A stretch of 64,000 nt of DNA from Fibrobacteria bacterium. Lineage in GTDB: Bacteria; Fibrobacterota; Fibrobacteria; UBA11236. The DNA is taken from assembly GCA_043745805.1 (NCBI GenBank), contig JAYTSD010000008.1, positions 64,001 to 128,000 of the forward strand, in the 5' to 3' direction. Under the pieces are notes generated by a model. The model ran no database searches. It was not told the DNA's origin and saw only the letters and a program-made list of their open reading frames with translations. Positions within the stretch are counted from its first letter, which is position 1. Each line of letters starts with the position of its first letter. Of the stretch, positions 50,210 through 60,838 are shown in pieces. Both the position numbers and the translations under genes were made by a program.

Positions 50210-50422
50210 TTTCAGCATTTTTTGTGCTTCGGGAGAAAGCGATAATTGAAACGCTTTCTGCTCAAAAGTCGGCTTTGCGGGGTTGGGTGGATTAGGCGTT
50301 GAAGCATTAAATTTATTGGCGGCATTGGACACATTGACGGCTTGACTTGCGGGTTCAACAGGAAGGCTATAAGCCACTCCACTTGATGAAAAAACTTGCG
50401 CTAAACTTTGAAACATACTCAT
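50195..50422 (-). CDS. Small hypothetical protein ending in LSLSPEAQKML (start 50422 or 50416)
   Basis: Low-complexity small ORF directly downstream of a sigma28-type promoter. Confidence 0.55.
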   Translation of the reverse strand: MSMFQSLAQVFSSSGVAYSLPVEPASQAVNVSNAANKFNASTPNPPNPAKPTFEQKAFQLSLSPEAQKMLKSECT

Positions 50423-50440
50423 CCAACAAAGGCTATTCAT

Positions 50441-50467
50441 ATATCGGTATTTTAATTCAAGACTTTA
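50441..50467 (-). promoter_or_regulatory. Sigma28 (FliA)-type promoter
   Basis: TAAAGTCT-N11-ACCGATAT versus consensus TAAAGTTT-N11-GCCGATAA, with exact spacing. Confidence 0.65.
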
Positions 50468-50489
50468 AGGTTTTTATTACTTTTAAAAA

Positions 50490-52187
50490 ATGAAAGTAAC
50501 TCAACTCCTTGTTCGTACATTGCGTGAAACGCCAGCTGGAGCCGAGCTCCCTAGTCACATATTCCTTTTACGCGGCGGCTATATTAAGCAGCTCGCTTCT
50601 GGGCTTTATTCCATTTTGCCTTTAGGCAAAAGAGTTTTGCATAAAATCGAAAAAATCATTCGGGAAGAAATGGAGCGTATCGAGGGACAAGAAGTGGATT
50701 TACCCTTAGTCCAGCCCAGTGAAATCTGGAAAGAATCGGGTCGTTATGACGCCATTGGTCCCGAGCTTTGCCGTTTTAAAGATAGAGCGCAACACCCTAT
50801 GGTTTTAGCCATGACCCATGAAGAAGCCGTAACAGACATGGCACGTGGCGTACTGGACTCATACAAACAATTGCCTTTTATGGTTTACCAATTCAAATTA
50901 AAATTTCGTGACGAGCCGCGTTCTCGCGGTGGCCTTGTACGCGTACGCGAATTTGTCATGAAAGATGCTTACAGCTTTCATCGTGATGAAAAAGATTTAG
51001 ATCAATATTATCAAAGAGCGCATCAAGCGTATTTGCAAATATTTAATCGCACCGGAATCAATCCCATTGTAGTGAAATCGGATACCGGAATCATGGGTGG
51101 AAAATTAGCCCATGAATTTATGCTCGAAACCCCCCATGGCGAAGATTGTCTTATCCTTTCTGAAGACGGCCAATACTCAGCCAATCAAGAAGTAGCCGAA
51201 TTTGATAGAGAAAGTCTTGCCGCAGCGCCATTGCCTATCGAAAAAGTTGCAACACCAGGACAAAAAACAATTGCCGAAGTAAGCACTTTATTAGGAATTA
51301 CTGCCGCGCAAACCATGAAGGCCGTACTTTTTCAAGTGGATAAAACCTTAATATTAACCTTATTACGCGGTGATTTAGAAATCAGTGAAATTAAGGTAAA
51401 AAACTTTTTGAAGGTAACCTTAATGTTACCTGCTGAAGAAACCCTTATTCGTAGCTTTGGCATAATTCCTGGCTATGCTTCCGCGCAAAATATTATTGCA
51501 CGTCCCGATTTACGTATTCTGGTTGACACCTCCATTAGCCAAGGATCAAATTTTGTAGGCGGCGCCAATGAAGAAAATTTCCATCTCAAAAATTTGAATT
51601 TTGAGCGCGACTTTAAAGGCGAAGTCGGCGATCTTGCCGAAGCCCAAAGCGGACACAAAAGTCTTTTCTCAAATAGTCGATTAAAGGCCACACGCGGTAT
51701 TGAAATCGGAAATATTTTTAAACTCGGTAATAAATTCACCCAAAGCATGGGCGTAAGTTATTTGGATGAAGCAGGAAAAAAACAAATTCCCATTATGGGG
51801 TGCTATGGTATTGGTGTCGGTCGTTTAATGGCCTCGGTAGTCGAAAACTCCCATGATGATTTTGGACCCATTTGGCCCAAAGAAATAGCACCGTATCATG
51901 TTGAAGTGGTTAGCATTGGTAAAGAACCGGAAGTATTTGAGGCATGCGAAAAACTTGTCAAAGACTTAGAACAACAAGGATTTGAAGTTCTTTATGATGA
52001 CCGTGATGAAAGACCAGGCGTTAAATTTAAAGATGCTGATTTATGGGGCGTTCCCGTACGCATCGGGATTAGCAATAAAACGCTATTGGAAACTAGTGCG
52101 GAATGGAAGTTACGCCATGAAAAGACTTTTGAAAAATTTCCTTTGTCAGAAATCACCTCCAAAGTAAGCACATTTTACAAGAAATAG
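50490..52187 (+). CDS. proS: Proline--tRNA ligase (bacterial type with editing insert)
   Basis: THEE, KFRDEPR.RGGL.R.REF.MKDAYSF, GIEIGNIFKLG, MGCYGIGVGR, PGVKFKDADL. Confidence 0.97.
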   Translation: MKVTQLLVRTLRETPAGAELPSHIFLLRGGYIKQLASGLYSILPLGKRVLHKIEKIIREEMERIEGQEVDLPLVQPSEIWKESGRYDAIGPELCRFKDRAQHPMVLAMTHEEAVTDMARGVLDSYKQLPFMVYQFKLKFRDEPRSRGGLVRVREFVMKDAYSFHRDEKDLDQYYQRAHQAYLQIFNRTGINPIVVKSDTGIMGGKLAHEFMLETPHGEDCLILSEDGQYSANQEVAEFDRESLAAAPLPIEKVATPGQKTIAEVSTLLGITAAQTMKAVLFQVDKTLILTLLRGDLEISEIKVKNFLKVTLMLPAEETLIRSFGIIPGYASAQNIIARPDLRILVDTSISQGSNFVGGANEENFHLKNLNFERDFKGEVGDLAEAQSGHKSLFSNSRLKATRGIEIGNIFKLGNKFTQSMGVSYLDEAGKKQIPIMGCYGIGVGRLMASVVENSHDDFGPIWPKEIAPYHVEVVSIGKEPEVFEACEKLVKDLEQQGFEVLYDDRDERPGVKFKDADLWGVPVRIGISNKTLLETSAEWKLRHEKTFEKFPLSEITSKVSTFYKK

Positions 52188-52314
52188 TTTTTGATTTTTG
52201 TTTTTGGTGATGGGGATCACTAAAAAATTCTTTGCTCATTTGCATAATTGAAAAAGAACTCCTCTAAAAATTAATTTGGTTGAGTGTTTCCAGAGAAAGC
52301 GGTAGAATCTCCAA

Positions 52315-53172
52315 ATGCATATCAAATTCTGGGGAGTACGTGGGAGCATACCCACACCTTCCGAAAAAACGGTACTCTTTGGCGGGAATTCTTCTTGCGT
52401 TTCTGCGGAAATTGATCAAAACCTAATAGTATTTGATGCCGGAACCGGTATTCGTAATTTAGGCAATGCAATACTAGCCCAAAAATCAATTTATCCCATC
52501 TCCATATTTTTAAGTCATGTGCATTGGGATCATATTCAAGGCTTTCCTTTTTTTGCTCCCGCCTATATAAAAGATTATAAGATTCATGTGCATGGACGCG
52601 GTAAGGCCGATCAAACTTTAGGAAAAATATTAGCCGGACAAATGGAAGGCCCTAATTTTCCGGTCTCTTTAAATGATTTAGATGCCAATCTTTCCTATTC
52701 CGATTTAACTTCGGGCCAAGTCATTGCTTTAAAAAATAATGCTGGCGAAATCTTTGCAAAAATGCAACCCTCAGAAGGCAATCATCCCAATGGTGTATTG
52801 GTTTATCGCTTAGACGATATTAAAAAGGGTTCTGCCGTAGTTTATTCTACGGATACCGAACATTATACTGAGGGAGTGGATACCAATATAGGAAACCTAG
52901 CTAAGGGGGCCGATGTATTAATTTATGATGGAATGTATACCCCCGAAGAATATGCTACGAAATATAAAGGTTGGGGACATTCCACTTGGGAAAAAGGGCT
53001 TGAATTAGCACAATATGCGGGTGTAAAAACCTTGATTATTTTTCATCATGACCCGAACCATGATGATGATTTTTTAACTGCGTATGAAAAAGAAGTGCAG
53101 GCCAAGGTTAAAATACTCGCCCCACAATTACAAATATTTTTTGCCCGTGAAGGCATGGAATTAGATATTTAA
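52315..53172 (+). CDS. MBL-fold metallo-hydrolase
   Basis: WGVRGSIP, DAGTG, SHVHWDHIQG, TDTEH, WGHST, FHHDP. Confidence 0.9.
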   Translation: MHIKFWGVRGSIPTPSEKTVLFGGNSSCVSAEIDQNLIVFDAGTGIRNLGNAILAQKSIYPISIFLSHVHWDHIQGFPFFAPAYIKDYKIHVHGRGKADQTLGKILAGQMEGPNFPVSLNDLDANLSYSDLTSGQVIALKNNAGEIFAKMQPSEGNHPNGVLVYRLDDIKKGSAVVYSTDTEHYTEGVDTNIGNLAKGADVLIYDGMYTPEEYATKYKGWGHSTWEKGLELAQYAGVKTLIIFHHDPNHDDDFLTAYEKEVQAKVKILAPQLQIFFAREGMELDI

Positions 53173-53204
53173 ACCCGTAACATTAAGGTTTCTCGCGCAA
53201 AATC

Positions 53205-55505
53205 TTAAAAGGTTTTACGCACCCGATGATCCGTTTTTTTCACTTCGGTTTGAGAGTTAGGTTCCTTATCGCTATGCGTACTATTATTTTTAAATACATC
53301 ACCTGCACTCGAAAGATGATTTTCCCGAGAACACGCTTCCGTAGGTTGATAGCCCTGGATATAATAATCCGTAGTCACTTGCTTGCAAAAGCTTTGTGCC
53401 AATAATCCCGAAGTTTGACAAACCGTAGCCTGTACTACACCCGGAGGCTTTTCAAAACCTTCAAGCTTTAGACCTTTATGGGCATATCGCATGATAGCCA
53501 ACCAAGTAGGAACCGCATCATCAGCTCCGGTATGCCCCACACCTAATGATCGATGATCATCAACACCCACCCAAATCCCAGTAGTATAATGTTTAGTGAA
53601 TCCAATATACCATGCATCGCTATAATCATTGGTAGTTCCCGTTTTACCTCCCGAAGGATAATTAAAACCACTGGCCCAAATGGCAGCTGCCGTACCATGA
53701 ATGTTAACATCCTGTAACATGGAACACATAATCCAAGCGGCTTCTTTTCGCAAAACCTCTTGGGTAGCAGGAATATTCTGATAAATAAGTCTGCCGTTTT
53801 TATCATTAATCCTATCGATAAAATAAGGCATAGGACGCACGCCCCCATTAGGAAAGGCGGTATAAGCCGAAACCATTTCCATTAAAGTGGCTTCACATGA
53901 TCCAATACCCAAAGAAGGTACCGCCGGAACATTATGGGCTAAGCCAAATTTGCGCGCATAGGATACAACGGTATTTAGGCCGTATTTCATGGCCACTTCA
54001 ATAGCAGGCAAGTTTTTACTTTTGTATAAAGCCCTGCGCATAGTAATGGGGCCAGAAAAAGAATCGTCATAATTATGCGGTCGCCATACTTGTGTGGAGT
54101 CCATCGGATTAGGAATGGTAATCGGTTGATCATTTAACATATTACCTGGACTTGCGCCATTATCAATAGCAGTGGAATACACAAAAGGTTTAAAAGAAGA
54201 TCCTGGAGAACGCAAAGCCTGTAAAGCACGATTGTATTTTGAGACAACAAAATCTTCACCGCCAATTAAAGCACGCACCGCACCAGTTTCATTCTCTATC
54301 ACCAACACCGCTGCCTGCGCATGACGGTAACGTAAAGAATCAGGAAAGCGTTGTTTTTCTTTTCCCGTATCAGCTTGCAAATAAACCGAATCGAAATAGG
54401 GATAATATTTATCCCAATGCCGAACTACCGTATCAATATTTTCTTTGAGCAATTGCGCCATGCCCAAGGTACGCGCTGTGCGATATTTTATTTTCAATTG
54501 TATTTTATGCAAGTTAACGGCAAGGGAAGATTCGGCCACCGCTTGAATTGATGAATCTAATGTAGTGTAAACGCTTACGCCTTGATTATACACAAAATCT
54601 TCATTCCATTTTTTTTCCATAAATTGACGAATGGTTTCCATGTAGTATGCGGAAAATTCATTTGGGGCCTGCCACATCGTAACTGCAATAGGCTCACTCA
54701 TTGCCTCCTTCATCTGTTGGCGAGTGATAAATCCTTTTGACTTCATGGCTCCTAATACAGTATTGCGACGATCCTTCGCTAATTCAGGGCTTAAATCCGG
54801 TCTATAGGCTTCGGGTCTTTGCAATAAACCCGCAAGCAAAGCCATTTGACTTAAACTCAACTGTTCTAAGGATTTTGAATAGTAACGTTGAGCAGCGGCT
54901 TGAAATCCATAAGCGCCAGCACCCATATAAACTTGATTGAAATAAAATTCGAGAATTTCATCCTTGGTATAAGTTTGCTCAATTTTTACGGCTACCATAA
55001 GCTCTCTTACTTTGCGTCCTAGCGAACGCTCCGGCGAAAGAAACAGATTTTTTGCTAACTGCTGTGTGAGCGTAGACGCACCACGCATACGTTTACCCAT
55101 TAAAGCAGGGAGTAATGCCGAAGGATAAGCATTTAAATCTACGCCCCAATGCTTATAAAAAACCTGGTCTTCAATAGCAAACACGGCTTGTTTTTGTAAT
55201 TCGGGAATTTTTTCAATCGGTGTCCAAATACGCCTTTGTGTATAAAATTCATGTACCAAAGCATGATTTTTATCATAAACCCGGGTAATTAAATTAGGCT
55301 CAATACGTTCTAAAATTTCTAAGGAAGGAAGTGTTTTAGAAAAGTGAAACAATATTCCTACAATGATTATTAAACCCAAAATGCTTAAAGCACTTAATGC
55401 TAAAAACCAAAAGGCAATTTGTTTGCGATATGCTTTGGTTTTTAATCCTGATAGGAGATTTTTCCGCCATTCGGATAAAAAAGTTCGAAAATCAATTTTT
55501 ACCAT
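53205..55505 (-). CDS. mrcA: Class A penicillin-binding protein 1A
   Basis: AIED..FY.H.G, GASTLTQQLAKN, SSFK, SKN and KTGT motifs. Confidence 0.92.
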   Translation of the reverse strand: MVKIDFRTFLSEWRKNLLSGLKTKAYRKQIAFWFLALSALSILGLIIIVGILFHFSKTLPSLEILERIEPNLITRVYDKNHALVHEFYTQRRIWTPIEKIPELQKQAVFAIEDQVFYKHWGVDLNAYPSALLPALMGKRMRGASTLTQQLAKNLFLSPERSLGRKVRELMVAVKIEQTYTKDEILEFYFNQVYMGAGAYGFQAAAQRYYSKSLEQLSLSQMALLAGLLQRPEAYRPDLSPELAKDRRNTVLGAMKSKGFITRQQMKEAMSEPIAVTMWQAPNEFSAYYMETIRQFMEKKWNEDFVYNQGVSVYTTLDSSIQAVAESSLAVNLHKIQLKIKYRTARTLGMAQLLKENIDTVVRHWDKYYPYFDSVYLQADTGKEKQRFPDSLRYRHAQAAVLVIENETGAVRALIGGEDFVVSKYNRALQALRSPGSSFKPFVYSTAIDNGASPGNMLNDQPITIPNPMDSTQVWRPHNYDDSFSGPITMRRALYKSKNLPAIEVAMKYGLNTVVSYARKFGLAHNVPAVPSLGIGSCEATLMEMVSAYTAFPNGGVRPMPYFIDRINDKNGRLIYQNIPATQEVLRKEAAWIMCSMLQDVNIHGTAAAIWASGFNYPSGGKTGTTNDYSDAWYIGFTKHYTTGIWVGVDDHRSLGVGHTGADDAVPTWLAIMRYAHKGLKLEGFEKPPGVVQATVCQTSGLLAQSFCKQVTTDYYIQGYQPTEACSRENHLSSAGDVFKNNSTHSDKEPNSQTEVKKTDHRVRKTF

Positions 55506-55637
55506 GGTCGGTTAAGATAAAAATTTTCTGTCCTGCCGCTTGGGATAAAAACAATGCCTAAATTCATTTTCTATTCCTTTTACCCATACAGCAAAACGGC
55601 ATTGGAAAAGTCATCTTTTTTTATTCTCAAGAAGTAG

Positions 55638-55666
55638 CTGACAAAGCAGCTGCGATTATCTATCTT
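55638..55666 (+). promoter_or_regulatory. Sigma70-type promoter of tRNA-Arg
   Basis: CTGACA-N17-TATCTT, 11 bp upstream of the tRNA. Confidence 0.55.
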
Positions 55667-55677
55667 AGCCGCCCGTT

Positions 55678-55754
55678 GCGGATGTGGCCAAACTGGATAA
55701 GGCATCTGACTACGAATCAGAAGACTCCAGGTTCGACTCCTGGCATCCGCACCA
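55678..55754 (+). tRNA. tRNA-Arg (ACG)
   Basis: Acceptor stem GCGGATG/CATCCGC, anticodon arm TCTGA-CTACGAA-TCAGA, T-arm CCAGG-TTCGACT-CCTGG, encoded CCA. Confidence 0.96.
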
Positions 55755-55892
55755 TAAAATTTCCAGCTTTTTCATAATCGTAGTCGCCATTTTAAGCATC
55801 CGGCAATACTTACCCTAAAATTTTTATGCGAAAAAAAATCAAAGTAGCATAAAAACCTTCCCACCAAGCCTCTCAGAAAATATATTCTAGGC

Positions 55893-56222
55893 ATGAGTAT
55901 AGATACCATAGCTTCCACATTACTAGAAAAATTAAAATCCATTGCCCAAACGGAAACGGTAATAGGAAATCCCATTGTCGTAGAAGGAATGACTTTAATT
56001 CCAGTTTCTAAAGTTTCCCTAGGCTTTGGTTTAGGTTCGAATACGGGAAAGGGTGAAACCACCGGATCAGGCGGTGGCTTGAGCGTTGAACCCATTGCCT
56101 TTATCGCCATATCCGAAGGTCATGCAAAAGTGATTAGCCTCACAAGAGACAAAGATGTCTTGGGTAAGGCGATTGATTTAGTGCCCGACGTTTTGGCACT
56201 TTTCAAAAAAAACAAAGCCTAA
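55893..56222 (+). CDS. GerW/YtfJ family protein
   Basis: TVIGNPI...TLIPVSKVSLGFG.G...GSGGG.SVEPIAF. Confidence 0.85.
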   Translation: MSIDTIASTLLEKLKSIAQTETVIGNPIVVEGMTLIPVSKVSLGFGLGSNTGKGETTGSGGGLSVEPIAFIAISEGHAKVISLTRDKDVLGKAIDLVPDVLALFKKNKA

Positions 56223-56242
56223 GTCACCCCCGCAACGTTTAA

Positions 56243-57574
56243 TTAAACTGCCTCCGCCATACGCTTCTTCAAAATAGCACGCACCTGATCCACATCGGGT
56301 GCACATTCTTCGATGGCATTAGCGTATTTCGTTTCCATCCCCGTTAATTCTCGCTTATGATATTGAGTTTTAAATTCCGAAAACTTCAAACCATGAGCTG
56401 TAGAAATAACTACCACGCGATCTCTTTTCTGCAAACGCTTTTCATCCACCATTTGCATTAAGGCGCCTAAAGCCACGCCAGTATGTGGGTCACAATAGAG
56501 CCCCGTTCTATCGGCAAAATGCGCGGCATTGGCTAATTGTTCTTCCGAAACTTCATACACCAAACCATTATATTTTTTCAACGCACGCACGGCTCTGTCG
56601 TAACTTACTGGATTCCCTATTTGGATCGCCGAAGCTAAAGTTTGTTTGGCTTGAATAGGGCGTAGTTTATCAAAACTATTTTTATAGGCCGTATAAAAAG
56701 GATTCGCATTGGCTGCCTGAGCCACCACCAGTATGGGTTTTTTAGTAATCAAACCTAATTCTAACATCATATCAAAGCCGCGACCTAAAGCCGAAACATT
56801 TCCCAAATTTCCGCCAGGAATAATAATGTAGTCGGGAACTTCCCAAGCAAATTGTTGGCAAATTTCAATACTAATGGTTTTCTGACCTTCGATGCGTAAA
56901 GAGTTCATAGAATTAGCCAAATAAATATTTCGATCCTTGGTAATTTCCTGAACCACTTTCATACAGCCATCAAAATCCGTATCCAAGGAGAGCACAATGG
57001 ATCCATGAGAAATGGGTTGTATCAATTGCGCCACGGAAATTTTTCCGCCGGGCAAAAATACAATGGAAGGAATACCCGCTGCCGCACAATAGGCTGCAAG
57101 CGCAGCCGAGGTATCACCCGTAGACGCGCAAGCCACCGCTTGAATAGGAATCCCTTTTTTACGCATATGATTGACTTGAGAAACTAAAACGGTCATGCCT
57201 AAATCTTTAAAAGAACCCGTGTGACTATTGCCGCAGAGTTTAATCCATAAATCGTCAAGACCTAAATATTTACCTAAGCGTTCAGCAAAAAATAAGTTGG
57301 TCCATCCTTCATTCAAAGAAACGATATCTTCCTCGGCAATGCCAGGCAAAACCCATTCTTTTTTACCCCATATACCCGAAGCAAAAGGCCAAACATGCGT
57401 ACCACAACGTGATTCAAAAAGTTTTTTCCATTCGGCAGCACTAAGGGTTTTTAAAGCATTGATATCATGTTCAACCTCTAATAATCCACCATCGGTATCA
57501 CGATAAATCACTTGATCGAGTGAATAGCTCGCTTCCGAATTAAACCCTTTAAAACATGCATTATAGCTCGTCAT
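56243..57574 (-). CDS. thrC: Threonine synthase (plant-like subtype)
   Basis: [10 protein letters not shown] (PLP Lys), [32 protein letters not shown]. Confidence 0.93.
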   Translation of the reverse strand: MTSYNACFKGFNSEASYSLDQVIYRDTDGGLLEVEHDINALKTLSAAEWKKLFESRCGTHVWPFASGIWGKKEWVLPGIAEEDIVSLNEGWTNLFFAERLGKYLGLDDLWIKLCGNSHTGSFKDLGMTVLVSQVNHMRKKGIPIQAVACASTGDTSAALAAYCAAAGIPSIVFLPGGKISVAQLIQPISHGSIVLSLDTDFDGCMKVVQEITKDRNIYLANSMNSLRIEGQKTISIEICQQFAWEVPDYIIIPGGNLGNVSALGRGFDMMLELGLITKKPILVVAQAANANPFYTAYKNSFDKLRPIQAKQTLASAIQIGNPVSYDRAVRALKKYNGLVYEVSEEQLANAAHFADRTGLYCDPHTGVALGALMQMVDEKRLQKRDRVVVISTAHGLKFSEFKTQYHKRELTGMETKYANAIEECAPDVDQVRAILKKRMAEAV

Positions 57575-57767
57575 AAATCCTCATCTCATTTCAATGGGCT
57601 AAATGTAAGAAGGCTTGCTCGCTTACACAAATAGATATTACAGAATCGAAGAGGGTTAACAAGCATAATTTTCTTATATTAATGCCTCGTCTTTAGAAAG
57701 TGATCTAAAACACTACCTATAAGTCGAAAAATGAAAAAAAAATCAGACTGAATCATCCAGAACGACT

Positions 57768-59573
57768 TTGACCTTAGGAATTCTTTTGCAAACAATTTTC
57801 TCCCATTCTATATGCAAACAAGTCTTAGCTTGTACTTTTGCATTCGCCCTATTCGGGTGTATTTCGGATGGCCCGAATAAAACCGGCGCCGAATATTTAT
57901 CCAATCAGGGTATTGTGCTCAAAGATCAACTGCAAAAAATTGAGTTATCGGATTTCCCATTAGATACAGTTTGGACCTCTGCTAACTCCGTAAATCCCTT
58001 TGCAACAGGTGAATTGTTAGTGGGTCATTGGGGGAATTTCACCTCCAAAGCGAGAATGGTTTTTGATATAACCGATACCACCCAATTAAATAGCGTTAAA
58101 GATAGCGGTGCATTAAGACTATCCTTAGGCTTTAGACAGTATTCAAAAAGTAACAGCGCACTATTCAATCCCATAAAAAATTTAGCAGACAGTATAGTAA
58201 CCTTAAGGGTAACCACTTGGGCCAAGCCCGAAAGCTTAATTGCCAGTCATCACAGTGATACTTTGCATTATTGGAGTTATCGCTTCATTCGTAAATTAGA
58301 TACTTTATCTATGCTTCCCTTTACCTCCTCAAGTACCGTTTTCGACACCATTCAACTTTCCTTAAAACGTTTTAAAGGCGGCACAGACAGCTTACAAGCC
58401 GTATTATTGCCAAATTTAAGAAAGCAACTCCTGACGAATTCTCAACAAATTCATTGGACTTTATTTATGGAAATGGAAGTAATAGACACTTTAAATAAAG
58501 TCCCAATGATTCTCCGTCTAAGCAGTGGAAATAATGATGCGGCCGGTTCCTCACCTCGGCTTTTATTTGGTGAACCCAAAGTGACTACGGAACAAGCAAC
58601 TGATGCACAAAAACTTTATCCGGCGATATTAGATAATTACCGAGCCACGACTTATCAATTACAACATTTTGGTAATCAAGAAGTTATGCTTTCAGGGATT
58701 ACGCAAGGCATGCATTTTTTCTTGAATCGTGACTCCTTAATGAATCGAATAAAAATGGCTTTCGAAGCCAAAAGCCTGCCCTATTTGGCCGATGATATTA
58801 ATGCAGAATTTAATAGCAATTATTTTATCCCTTATGCCTCTATGCAATTTGCATTTGATTCCGTAAAAATAGAGGATAGTCTAAAATTAGATATGCGTAT
58901 GATTAGTGATTTGGATTCATCCATTGTACCTAAAGATTTACTCAGGATTCGTTCCACCAAACGCATAGCCTTAAATGATTCGCTTCGATTTCCAATTTAT
59001 AATAAGTTCAACAGCTATGAAGCATCTGATACTATTACCGCCAAATATGAAAAAGTAAAAACCGACTCCAGCTTACGACGCCTTACTTTACTATTAAAAA
59101 CCGATACGGTATTCAATGATACAGTAATTTTACATTCGGGCATCAAGACTCACTTTGCTTTGTCTGCGCAAAGAATTCGAAATTCCGTGATAAATTTTTC
59201 AGTCATTCCGTCCAACGATACCGTTGCTATTAGTTGGACCTTAAATCTCAAAGGTATTATTGAACCCAATGAATACAGTAAAATTGCTACGGATACATTA
59301 ACAACCTATGGACCACGATATTTATCCGAAGGCAATAACAGCCAAGTTACCCTGAGAGTAACTAATGGATTACAACGTTTACTTAACCGAACCCAATCGG
59401 GAAAAAATATTCAAACTGAATTTTATCTTGAACCGCTTCCACTCGCGATAGACCCCACCGCACCCGTAAAAACGAGTTACTCCGTCATGGGCGAAATTCC
59501 TATACGACCCGCAATGGGCAAACCCAAAGTAAATATGATTTTATATCTCTTTCCGTTGCGGAGGTTGCCATGA
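57768..59573 (+). CDS. Hypothetical lipoprotein (architecture reminiscent of Bacteroidota DUF4270)
   Basis: Lipobox LFGC, beta-rich sequence, ATGA overlap with the next gene. Confidence 0.65.
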   Translation: MTLGILLQTIFSHSICKQVLACTFAFALFGCISDGPNKTGAEYLSNQGIVLKDQLQKIELSDFPLDTVWTSANSVNPFATGELLVGHWGNFTSKARMVFDITDTTQLNSVKDSGALRLSLGFRQYSKSNSALFNPIKNLADSIVTLRVTTWAKPESLIASHHSDTLHYWSYRFIRKLDTLSMLPFTSSSTVFDTIQLSLKRFKGGTDSLQAVLLPNLRKQLLTNSQQIHWTLFMEMEVIDTLNKVPMILRLSSGNNDAAGSSPRLLFGEPKVTTEQATDAQKLYPAILDNYRATTYQLQHFGNQEVMLSGITQGMHFFLNRDSLMNRIKMAFEAKSLPYLADDINAEFNSNYFIPYASMQFAFDSVKIEDSLKLDMRMISDLDSSIVPKDLLRIRSTKRIALNDSLRFPIYNKFNSYEASDTITAKYEKVKTDSSLRRLTLLLKTDTVFNDTVILHSGIKTHFALSAQRIRNSVINFSVIPSNDTVAISWTLNLKGIIEPNEYSKIATDTLTTYGPRYLSEGNNSQVTLRVTNGLQRLLNRTQSGKNIQTEFYLEPLPLAIDPTAPVKTSYSVMGEIPIRPAMGKPKVNMILYLFPLRRLP

Positions 59574-60766
59574 GATTTTCGGCAACGTTCTCTTTGCTCA
59601 CGAGCATACTCGCTTTACCTTTAATCAGCCAAGCGGACAGTTCCCCATTTAGCCTCAAAGGAAATGGTCTTGAATTAAGTCCTTTCTCGGCCCGCGAGCG
59701 TGCTATGGGTGATGCCGGTTTATCCCTTAACGCCAAACAAGGTCAAAGTTTAACGAATGCGTCAAGAACAGCCTTTGTGGAGAAAACATCTTTCACGGCT
59801 ACCATGGAATCGGATCTCGATTATTTACAAGATAAAGCGACCTCAAATCGTTTAACATCTTTTGCTATTCCAAGTATTGCTATGGTATTTAAATCCGAAT
59901 ACTTAGGAAGTTTTGGTTTGAGCTATTATGAGCATTTTCAAAAAAACTTTGAATATGCTCCCCCCGCAAATGACAACAGTGGACTTAAAAGTTTACAAAG
60001 CGTACGGGTTGAAGGTGGTATTTATGAACTGTCCGCCTCTTATGCCTATGCCATTAACAGCCATTGGGCTTTAGGAGCAACCTACTCTTATTTGCTGGGA
60101 CGTGAAAGAATAATCAAGACTGCAGAGTTTAGTGGTGATGTCAATTTAAACGATGCTAAAAAATTAACTGGTGATACGCTTTGGACACATAGCGATGGAA
60201 ATTTCCCAACCTTGTCTTTAACTTATCGGCATCATTATTTTAATTTAGCTGGCTCATTCGCGTTCGCCAGCGACCTTGATCAAGAGCAACGCAAAACTAT
60301 TAGTACCATGGAAACACCGCCTTCCCAAAAAATGACAGGAACCTATCCTTGGTTTGCACATTTGGGCCTTACTTTAAAACTAAAAGAGAATCAAAGTGTT
60401 GTATTGGATTATGGCAATTCTGATACCACTTTGAGCAAATACGATTGGGCACATTCTGCGCAGCAAGTGGGTTTAGGCTATGAGTTTTTAGGAAAAGGAA
60501 ATGTCTATGATGCCTATTATAAAAAACTTGCCTATCGCGCGGGCCTAGGCTATCAAATGCTGCAAGTGGATCAGGTGGATCATTATTTTGTGACTCTTGG
60601 AATGGGTTTACCCTTAGGAACTCGAGGAAATATTTTGGATTTTGCGGTAAAGTATGGTCATCGCGGTTCCGTACAGGATCAAAAAATTTCCGAGAACTAT
60701 GTTAAAATGTCAATCTCTCTAACCGGAGTAGGAAATTGGGGACAAAATCAACGCCGTAAAAATTGA
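59570..60766 (+). CDS. Outer-membrane beta-barrel (FadL/PorV-like)
   Basis: Signal peptide; SARERAMG.AG...NAS N-terminus; YRAGLGY, LGMGLPLG, LDFAVKYGHRG. Confidence 0.7.
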   Translation: MRFSATFSLLTSILALPLISQADSSPFSLKGNGLELSPFSARERAMGDAGLSLNAKQGQSLTNASRTAFVEKTSFTATMESDLDYLQDKATSNRLTSFAIPSIAMVFKSEYLGSFGLSYYEHFQKNFEYAPPANDNSGLKSLQSVRVEGGIYELSASYAYAINSHWALGATYSYLLGRERIIKTAEFSGDVNLNDAKKLTGDTLWTHSDGNFPTLSLTYRHHYFNLAGSFAFASDLDQEQRKTISTMETPPSQKMTGTYPWFAHLGLTLKLKENQSVVLDYGNSDTTLSKYDWAHSAQQVGLGYEFLGKGNVYDAYYKKLAYRAGLGYQMLQVDQVDHYFVTLGMGLPLGTRGNILDFAVKYGHRGSVQDQKISENYVKMSISLTGVGNWGQNQRRKN

Positions 60767-60838
60767 GGCCTAGTATAATAATGATTTAGGGTCTATTATT
60801 TAAGAGTAGACTTATGTGATTCAGTGGGGAGACGGCTT

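Noticed and set aside
55678-55900. tRNA-Arg as an integration site for an island or prophage
   Set aside because: No integrase and no duplicated tRNA 3' end seen; flanking genes are ordinary
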